A program made the translations under genes and the position numbers. From Anaeramoeba ignava BMAN (taxonomy: Eukaryota > Protista > Anaeramoebae), in contig JAPDFW010000082.1 in NCBI GenBank assembly GCA_028826165.1, forward strand, positions 251,466-315,465: DNA of 64,000 nucleotides. Direction: 5' to 3'. This document shows, piece by piece, positions 49,077-59,680 of this stretch; positions within the stretch are counted from its first letter, which is position 1, and every line of letters begins with the position of its first letter. The notes below the pieces were generated by a model. The model saw only the letters and a program-made list of their open reading frames with translations. It was not told the DNA's origin and did no database searches.

Positions 49077-52000
49077 ATGGAATTTATAACAGAATTAACA
49101 AAAGAATGTGAAAACGCAAAATATCTTATAAATGATTTTATCCAAAAAATTTTAACACTTGATATTTCAATTCCATTTGAATCAGATGTTGAATATTTAG
49201 AAGTAAAAAAAACAAAAACAAAAACAAATAAAAACAAAAATAAATGGAAAAACGTATTTAATTAAATTTGTTTTTTTTTTGGATTTGAATTTAGCTTATG
49301 GAAGCTCATTATATGATGTCTAGTCTTACTTTAGATGGAAATAATAATATTAGTGATGTTCTTGGTGTCCCACAACCAAAAGATAAACCTTTAAGTAATT
49401 TTCGTTTTTTTTTTCTTTTAATTTTTCTTTTTCTTAATTAAATTTTTTTTTTTTTGCTTTTCTTCTTTCTTTTTTTTAGATTTTGAGGAAACTCAAAAAA
49501 TGGTTATTTCTATTCAAAAAGTTAAAACTAAAATTGAAGAAATCAAAGAAGCTAAACTTAAAACTATGGCTGTAATTATATTTTTATTTTATTTTTCTTA
49601 TTCTTTCTTTTATTCTTTATTTTATTCTTTCTCTCCTTTTTTTTTTAATAGAGAAAACCAAGAATTATTAGATGGGCACAAAAATTAAAAACCACAGAGA
49701 AAGAATCATTAGCTCTTCATTATATTTTATTACTACATGTTGGAAGCAAAGTAATCCCTTTCCAATCAAATTAAATCAAATCAAATCAAATCAAATCAAA
49801 ATTTAAATCAATATTTAAATCAAAATTTAAATCAATATTTAAATTAATATTAAAATCAATATTTAAATCAATATTTAAATCAATATTTAAATCAATATTT
49901 AAATTAATATTTAAATCAATATTTAAATTAATATTTAAATCAATATTTAAATCAATATTTAAATCAATATTTAAATCAATATTTAAATCAATATTTAAAT
50001 CAATATTTAAATCAATATATTTAAATCAATATATTTAAATCAATATATTTAAATCAATATTTAAATCAATATTTAAATCAATATTTAAATCAAATATTTA
50101 AATCAATATTTAAATTAATATTTAAATTAATATTTAAATTAATATTTAAATAAATTTTTAAATTAATATTTAAATCAATATTTAAATTAATATTCAAATT
50201 AATATTTAAATTAATATTTAAATCAATATTTAAATCAATATTTAAATCAATATTTAAATCAATATTTAAATCAATATTTAAATCAATATTTAAATCAATA
50301 TTTAAATCAATATTTAAATCAATATTTAAATCAAATATTTAAATCAAATATTTAAATCAATATTTAAATCAATATTTAAATCAATATTTAAATCAATATT
50401 TAAATCAATATTTAAATCAATATTTAAATCAATATTTAAATCAATATTTAAATCAATATTTAAATTAATATTTAAATTAATATTTAAATTAATATTTAAA
50501 TTAATATTTAAATCAATATTTAAATCAATATTTAAATCAATATTTAAATCAATATTTAAATCAATATTTAAATTAATATTTAAATCAATATTTAAATTAA
50601 TATTTAAATTAATATTTAAATCAATTATTTAAATCAATATTTAAATCAATATCAAAATTAATATTTAAATCAATATTTAAATCAATATATTTAAATTAAT
50701 ATTTAAATTAATATTTAAATTAAATCAAAATTAAAATATTTAAATAAAATCAAAATCAAATCATAAATTTAGATTCGTGGATTGAAAATTAGAGAATCAC
50801 AAGATCCAGTTAGTTTAGCACTTCATGCCAAAATGACTATTACAGAATTACTTGAATTCGTTAAACCACAAAGACTTTATATCAAACAAGGAATCTTTGA
50901 ATATTTTGATACAACACATGCTCTTCAAAACAACATGTCACTCAAACAAGAAATCATTCTTGCATTAGTTGGACAAGATTTAACAGGAGAACAATCACTT
51001 AAAATTGATAATACAGCACTTTCAGAAGTTCTTGATGAAGAAAAAGATCCAGAAGAACTTAAAAAGAAAAAAGAATTGGAAAAGAAAATTCGTGAAGAAG
51101 AAAAACTCAAGAAAGAACAAGAAATGAATAAAAATGTTCCTGATTTTGAAGACGAATCAGATCTTTACAACTTCATTTCGCAACAAGTAATCGCAGAAAA
51201 AACAAAACCAGATGAAATCGAGGATGAATTGGAACAACAGTTAAAAATTGAAATGGAAAATCAATTAGAAAACCAATTAGAAAATGAATTAGAAAATGAA
51301 TTAGAAAATGAATTAGAAAATCAATTAGAAAATCAATTAGAAAATCAATTAGAAAAAGAAGATGATTTAGATAAAGATAAAGAAGATAAAGATAAGGATG
51401 AAGATGAAGACCAAATGAAACCTTATAAAACAGACTTGGAATATCTTGAAGACCATTTTTCACGGTTTACAATGTTGATTAGAGTCTCCAATGAAAAACA
51501 AAACGAGGCTCAATCAAGATACTATGGTGGATCATCCCAATCAGAAGCTGTGATTCGGGAGTACTCAGCAAAGGAAAGAGTCGCCCGAATGAAATGTGAG
51601 AAAAGATTGGAACTCACAAAAGAAGCAGGAGATTGGCTTCCAAGAATGGAGAGATTAGCTGAGGCAAGAAAGTTGAATGAGTTTGAAAAATATGTTGTTT
51701 TGTTTTTAATTGGATCTAACATTTCCCAAGACATGCAGAACGCAGGAGCTGCACGGGGATCAAATGTGGAATCAATTCTGAGGATATTTTGCGAAAACCT
51801 TCAAGATCAAATTTCCAAAAGAAAGTATTTCTACAAAAGCGGAGCATTGATTCGTGATGGAATCATTCGGGCATCAGGATCAGGATTGGATAACAATCTC
51901 AACGATCTGTACTTGATGGTGGATCGAAGAATGCTTGACTTTGTTATGGGATTAGACACTGAGATGAGTGAGTTGATTGAGGGATCCCATTTATACACAA

Positions 52001-53574
52001 GTAAAGTCAAACTTGAATCGGTTATTCTTCCTGAAGAGCAAAAAAAACTAATAACAGAAACAATGAAGAACTACGAAAGTTTCACGAAATGCAGAAAAAA
52101 GCTTGGATTGGATGAAGTTATCAGCTATGGAGGCGGAATTGTAATGCTTTTCTATGGCGCTTCAGGAACAGGAAAGACAATGATGGCAAACGCACTTGGA
52201 AATGAATTGGGTCGCAAAATCATGCTTGTCAACTTTCCTTCTTTGGGTCAAATGAGCGCAGGAGAGAACATGAAGTACATCTTCCGAGAAGCAAAAATTC
52301 ACCAGGCTATCTTGTTCTTTGATGAATGTGAAGCCTTGTTTGAATCAAGAGAACACGGGAAATATGATGTCAATTTATTATTAACGGAAATTGAAAGATT
52401 TGACGGAATTATCATTTTGGCAACAAATCGATCCTTTGATTTGGATGAAGGAATGCATCGAAGAATAACGGTCGCTGTTGAGTTTGCCAAGCCAGATCCA
52501 CTTTTAAGAGAACGAATTTGGATGACTCATTTACCTCAAACACTGAAATCATCAGAAGATGTTGATATCAAAGCTCTTGCAATGAAATACGAATTGACTG
52601 GAGGATTTATTAAGAACGCGGTTCTTTCCGCTTTGAGTGTTGCTGTTTCAAGAGATGGACCTGATAATGTTGTTCTGACTCAATCGGATCTTGAACAAGG
52701 AGCAAAATTGCAATTGAGAGGAAGATTGAGAATGACTGAATTCCACCGCAGAGTGGTTCCACAACGAGGACTTGATAATCTTGTTCTTCCGAAGGAAACC
52801 GTCGAGACACTCATCGAAATCATCAATTCCGAAAAGGCAAGACAGGTTTTATACAATTGGGGATTCGACAAGAAAATTGGATTTGAAAGAGGAACAACTG
52901 TCCTCTTTACTGGACCACCAGGCACAGGAAAAACACTTGCTGCTGAAGCTATTGGTTTCGAGATTGGAAAACCCTTGAAGGTTATCAACGCGGCTGAGGT
53001 TCTTTCGAAATGGGTTGGAGATACACCAAAGAATATCGATTCTTTATTTGAAGAAGCCACTATGCATGATTCATTGCTTGTTTTCGATGAAGCTGAAGGT
53101 CTTTTTGGAAGGAGACACGAGACTCAAGATACCTCCACTGATAGATACGCAAATATTGATGTTGGACTCTTACTTTATCACATGGAGAAATTCAACGGTG
53201 TTGTCATCTTATGCACTAACGTTATTGGCGCTATTGATCCAGCTTTTTTCAGAAGAATGAAATACATTGTCGAGTTCAAAATCCCAGAAATCCAACTTCG
53301 TGAGGCTCTTTGGAAGAAATTGATTCCTGATTCTGCTCCTAAAGCTGATGATATTGATTTCTCAAAATTGGCAAAACTTTATGAATTTGCCGGTGGAAAT
53401 ATTAAAAATTCCGTTTTTAGAGCTGCTTCTCGTGCTGCTTTAAGACCTCAAGATAAACGTTTAATTACAATGGATGATTTGATTAATGCTGCTAATGAAG
53501 AGAATATTAAAGTTAAAAGAAGTCGTGGTGAACTTTTGGATAATGAAAAGGAAAAGAATTCAATTTATGTTTAA
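49077..53574 (+). CDS. Double-domain AAA+ ATPase of bacterial Afp15/Pvc15-like type; 5 exons
   Basis: Walker A GASGTGKT and GPPGTGKT; Walker B FFDE and VFDE; DRYANIDVGLLL; LTGGFIKNA/FAGGNIKNS. N-terminal module (SDVEYLE / TDLEYLE...PR..R.A) occurs twice. Four GT-AG introns upstream of 50773. Confidence 0.9.
49770..50760. repeat. Intronic 12-mer array ATATTTAAAT(C/T)A
   Basis: Period-12 tandem in AAA ATPase intron 4. Confidence 0.92.
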
Positions 53575-53832
53575 GCTTTTATTCTTTTCTTTTCTTTTTA
53601 ATTTTCATCAATTTCTTCCGTTTTTTTTACTTCTTTTTTTACTTCTTTTTTTACTTTTCATTGAAAAAGAAAATAATAATTTAAAAAATGAAAAACGGAA
53701 AAAAATTCTTTTTCTTTTTCTTTTCTTTTCTTTTCTTTTCTTTTCTTTTGATCCACTTTTTTTTTTTAATTTGAAAAAAAAATTTTTCTTGATTTGTTTT
53801 TTTTCATTTTTCTTCTTTTTAATTTTTCTAAA

Positions 53833-56800
53833 ATGTTCTTATTAAATTTTATTTGTTTTCTTTTTCTTTTATTTCTTGGTTTTTCAATGAAATTAGATTC
53901 AGATTTTACATCAGATAAAAACTGGGATTTTTATACAAAATTTTGTTTTGACCAAAGTTCAAGCAGTTTGTTTTATTCTTATTATTTAAAAAGATAAAAA
54001 TTTTCGAAAATGATTTTTTTTTTTTTGCTTTTTTTTTTATTTAATTTAATTTAATTTAATAAGATTATGGTAATTTTACCTGGGATATTACAACAGATTC
54101 AGTTTTTTATCAATTTGATTTTTATGATGATAGTTCAAATTCTTGGGAGGATGTTAGTTTAAAATTCAATTAAAATCAAAATCAAAATCAAAATCAAAAT
54201 CAAAATCAAAATCAAAATTAAAATCAAAATCAAAATCAAAATAAAATTTAAATCAAAATCAAAATCAAAATTAAAATCAAAATCTAAATCAAAATCACAA
54301 TTCAAAATTAAAATCAAAATCAAAATCAAAATCAAAATTCAAAATCAAAATCAAAATTAAAATCAAAATTAAATTCAAAATCAAAATCAAATTCAAATTC
54401 AAAATCAAATTCAAAATGAAAATTTAAATCAAAATTAAAATCAAAATCAAAATCAAAATTAAAATCAAAATCAAAATCAAAATCAAAATTAAAATCAAAA
54501 TCAAAATCAAAATTAAATTCAAAATCAAAATTAAATTCAAAATCAAAATCAAAATCTAAATCAAAATCTAAATCAAAATCAAATTCAAAATCAAAATCAA
54601 AATTAAAATCAAAATCGAAATTAAATTCAAAATCAAAATCGAAATAAAATTTAAATCAAAATCAAAATCAAAATTAAAATCAAAATCTAAATCAAAATCA
54701 CAATTCAAAATTAAAATCTAAATCAAAATCAAAATCAAAATCAAAATCAAAATCAAAATCAAAATCAAAATCAAAATCAAAATTAAAATCAAAATCAAAA
54801 TCAAAATCAAAATCAAAATCAAAATCAAAATCAAAATCAAAATCAAAATCAAAATCAAAATTAAAATCAAAATCAAAATCAAAATCAAAATCAAAATCAA
54901 AATCAAAATCAAAATCAAAATCAAAATCAAAATCAAAATCAAAATCAAAATCAAAATCAAAATCAAAATCAAAATCAAAATCAAAATCAAAATCAAAATC
55001 AAAATTCAAAATCAAAATCAAAATCAAAATCAAAATCAAAAATCAAAATTAAAATCAAAATCAAAATCAAAATCAAATTCAAAATCAAAATCAAAATCAA
55101 AAAATTCAAAAAAAAATCAAAATCAAAATAAATCAAAATCAAAATCAAAAATCAAAATCAAAATCAAAATCAAAATTCAAAAATCAAATTTAAAAATCAA
55201 AATCAAAATCAAAATCAAAAAATTAAAATTAAAATCAAAATCAAAATCAAAATCAAAATCAAAATCAAAAAATCAAAATTCCAAATTAAAAATCAAAAAT
55301 AAAAATTCAAAATCAAAATCAAAACCAAAATCAAAATCAAAATCAAAATTCAAATCAAAATCAAAATCAAAATTTAAAATCAAAATCAAAATTTAAAATC
55401 AAAATCAAAATCAAAATCAAAATCAAAATCAAATTCAAAATCAAATCAAAATCAAAATTTAAAAATCAAAACCAAAAATCAAATCAAAATCAAATTCAAA
55501 ATCAAAATCAAAATTAAAATCAAATTCAAAATCAAAATCAAAATCAAAATCAAATTCAAAATTCAAAATCAAATTCAAAATCAAATTCAAAATCAAATTG
55601 AAATCAAAATCAAAATCAAAATCAAAATCAATATTAAAATTAAAATCAAATTCAAAATCAAAATCAAAATCAAAATCAAAATCAAAATCAAATCAAAATC
55701 AAAATCAAAATCAAAATCAATATTAAAATTAAAATCAAATTCAAAATCAAAATCAAAATTAAAATCAAAATCAAAATCAAATTCAAAATCAAAATTTAAA
55801 TCAAATTCAAATTCAAAATCAAAATCAAATTCAAAATCAAATTCAAAATCAAATTCAAAATCAAATTCAAAATCAAATTCAAAATCAAATTCAAAATCAA
55901 ATTCAAATTCAAATTCAAAATCAAAATTAAAATCAAAATCAAATTCAAATCAAAATCTAAAAGGTTTATCATTCAAGTGATTCTTGCTCAACAAAATCCT
56001 CAAAAGCTATAGATATTTCACAAATTGAATCAAAAGTTCCTGGTTTTGATGAATTTTTAGATATTTCAAGACCAAGATTTTGGTATTTTGCAGTTTCTAA
56101 TTGTCCAAATAATCGAATTAGTTTAACTCATGTTGATGTTCATATTTGGAACAGTGGTGCTTCAAAATTAAACAAAGAATTTTCTTGTAATGAACAAGGT
56201 ATCAAAATTCAAAATCAAAATCAAAATCAAATTTAAATCAAAATCAAAATTTTAATCAAAATTTAAAATTTAAATCAAAATCGAAATCAAAATCAAAATC
56301 AAAATCAAAATTAAAATCAAAATCAAAATCAAAATCAAAATCAAAATCAAAATTTAAATCAAAATCAAAATCAAAATCAAAATTTTAATCAAAATCAAAA
56401 TCAAAATTTAAAATTTAAATTTAAATCAAAATCTAATTCAATATCAAAATTAAAATTAAGGATTGGTTGTTATGTTTTTGATTTTTATGATAATTTTCAT
56501 CATTATGCTTTCCATTTATACTTTTGAATCATGGAAACTTTTTAAAGAAGGGAATTTCCATGCTGTATTTTTTAACATAAATTCAAAACCAAAAAATTCA
56601 ATTCCAAAAATCTAATTTAAAAAAAATTTTCCGATTTTTTGATATTTTAAGTTGGCTCGTATTTCTTTTTTAGCTCTTGTTTTTGAAACAGTTGGATTAA
56701 TCTGCGTTTTCGCTCATTTTGCTGCTTATGCAAATGATGGAAAAGGATCATTTGGTCTTAGAGTAAAAAAAAATTCCCAAATTTTTTATTATTATAAAAA

Positions 56801-57838
56801 CAATTCAACATTGAAATTTATATCAAAAAAATTTTTTTCTTTTATTTAACGGGGAACTAAATAATCTATTCTTTTAAAATTGAAAATATTTTGGATTAAT
56901 AAAATAATTAAAGGTGTTTGGAGAACGTAAGTTTTAAATATTTAATATTTAATATTTAATATTTAGTATTTAATATTTATTATTTAATATTTATTATTTA
57001 ATATTTTATATTTATTATTTATTATTTAATATTGAATATTTTATATTTATTATTTAATATTTATTATTTAATATTTTATATTTATTATTTAATATTTAAT
57101 ATTTAATATTTAATATTTACTATTTTATATTGAATATTTATTATTTTATATTTAATATTTTATATTTTATATTTTATATTTAAAATTTAGTTCTTGAGGT
57201 TATCGCATCTATTATTTTAATGCTATTTGTAATTTTAGTTGCAAAAGGTTGGACAATTTCACGTAGTTATATATCTTACAAAAAAGTATTATTTGGTGTT
57301 ATATTGGTACTTTTAGTACTTTACATAATAATGCATATTGTTGGATATTTAACAATGGATAGAGCAACAACAACTTATATTTGGGAAACTACTCCTGGAA
57401 TTATGATTCTTGTTATTCGCATTTTGATTTTAATTTGGTTCATTTTTGAGATTTCAAATACTTTTAAAATTGAAAAAGATTTTGATAAGAAAAAATTTTA
57501 TAAAGTATTTGGATTCATTTTTGGTATTTGGTTCATTTCTCTTCCAATTATTGTTTCTATTAGTTCTACTGTATCTAATACTTATCGAGAAAAAGTAAAT
57601 TATTTTTTTAAAAAAAAAAAAAAAGTGGAACAAAATTTTTATTATTTAAATTTTTATTATTTAAAAGACTGCAACTGCTTTATTTTTGATTTTTGAAATG
57701 TTTTCTTACTTTATTGTTATTTACTTATTATGGCCTGCAAAAACTTATCATTTTTTCAATATTCAAGCAAAAACAACAGAAGAAAGAATGAAATTATCAA
57801 AAACTGAAACAGCAGAAAGAGCTTTTGATGAATTATAA
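53833..57838 (+). CDS. GPR180/TMEM145-like multi-pass membrane protein; 8 exons including a 13-nt micro-exon 56914-56926
   Basis: Signal peptide, KFCF, YDD, RPRFWYFAVSNC, EFSCNEQG, YANDGKG, LVAKGWTISR, WFISLP, REK, LLWP. Confidence 0.85.
54170..55960. repeat. Intronic (AAAATC)n array, about 1.8 kb
   Basis: Longest intron in the window; an internal block near 54240-54315 recurs near 54643-54718. Confidence 0.92.
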
Positions 57839-58072
57839 AAATAAATTAAAATAATAATAAAAAAGGAGAATTATTTCTTTTTTTTAAATTTTTTTTTTCT
57901 CCTTTTTATTTTATTTTAATTTGCCCACAAAAACAAAAAAAAATTTTAATTAAAAAAAAAATAAAAAATAAAAAAAAATTTAATTTAAAAAAAATTTTTT
58001 TTTTTTCATTTTTTTAGTTTCTTTTTTTTTTAAAAACAAAAAAAAAATTATAAAAAGAATCAAACATATAAA

Positions 58073-59101
58073 ATGGGAAAACTAAAATCAACAGAATTAA
58101 GAGCTATGAATAAAACTCAATTAACTGAAAAACTTGATAACCTTAAAACAGAGTTATGGAATTTAAGAGTTAGCAAAGTTGCATCTAGTTCACAATCTAA
58201 ATTGACTAAAATGTATATTTTATTAATTAAAAACATAAAATTATGTTTAATTTCTAATTCTATTCAAAATTAAAATTAATTTCTAATTCTATTCAAAATT
58301 AAAATTAATTTCTATTTCTATTTATATTTCTATTTCTATTTCTATTTCTATTTATATTTCTATTTCTAATTCTATTTCTATTTCTATTTCTATTTCTATT
58401 TCTATTTCTATTTATATTTTAAAATTAAAATTAAAATTAAAATTAAAATTAAAATTAAAATTATTAATATTAATATATTAATATTAAAATTAAAATTAAA
58501 ATTAATTTAAAATTAAAATTAAAATTAAAATTAAAATTGAAATTAATATTAAAATTAAAATTATAATTAAAATTAAAATATTAAATTCAAAATTAAAATA
58601 TTAAATTAAATTCAAAATTGAAATTAAAATTAAAATTAAAACTAAAATTAAAACTAAAATTCATTTATGAAATTAAATTTAAATTTAAAATTAAAATTAA
58701 AATTAAAATTAAAATTAAAATTTATATTAAATTCAAAATTAATATATTAAATTTAAAATCAATATTAAATTTAAAATTAAAATTAAAATTAAAATTAAAA
58801 TTAAAATTAAAATTAAAATCAATTTATAAAATTAAAATTAAAAATTAAAAATTATAGTAAAACTGTTAGAAAAGATATTGCACGAGTTTTAACTGTCATA
58901 AATCAAAAAAGAAAAACAGCACTTTTTAATCAATACAAACATGATAAATACAGACCATTAGATTTAAGACCAAAATTAACAAGAGCAATGAGAAGACGAT
59001 TAACACCTAAACAAGCTCACAAAAAAACTTTAAAACTTCAAAAAAGATTAAGACATTTCCCAAAAAGAAAATTTGCATTGAAACAACCAATAACAAACTA
59101 A
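58073..59101 (+). CDS. RPL35: 60S ribosomal protein L35 (uL29); exons 58073-58212, 58858-59101
   Basis: [13 protein letters not shown]...[18 protein letters not shown]...[19 protein letters not shown]. Confidence 0.97.
58270..58850. repeat. Intronic (TCTATT)n then (AAAATT)n arrays
   Basis: Two consecutive hexamer tracts in the RPL35 intron. Confidence 0.88.
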
Positions 59102-59680
59102 ATTAATATTTTTTTTTCATTTAGAATGATAATTATCTCAAAAGAAAAAAAACAAATTTTGATTCATTTTTTACTTTTACTTTTTTCTTTTACTTTTACT
59201 TCCTAATTGGTTTGATTTGATTTGATTTGATTTGATTTTCCCTTCATCTTTTACTTTTTACTTTAAAAATTACTTCAATAAACTCATAAAGAATCCTTTT
59301 AAAAAAAAAATTTATTTTCATTAATTTTTATACTTTTTATTAATTTTTATTAAGAAAAAGGAAATTATCCTTTTTTTTTTTCTTCTTTTTAATTCCAAAT
59401 TCCAAAAAAAAAACAAATTTATTCAAAGAATGTTGGATTAAAAAAGGAAAATAAAAAAGGATTTGTTTTTGATATTTGGTTTCACAAACAAAATAGAAAA
59501 TTTTAAAGAAAAAAAAAAAAGAACTTTAAAAGAATTTGAAGAAAAATAATCATTTCAAATAATGATTATTTTTATTAATCACTTTTACTATCTGTATCTT
59601 TATCAGAAAAACTATCTGTAATATGAATATTATCATCTTCACTTACATAATCTTTTTCTTTTTCGTTTTCACTTTCGTTT

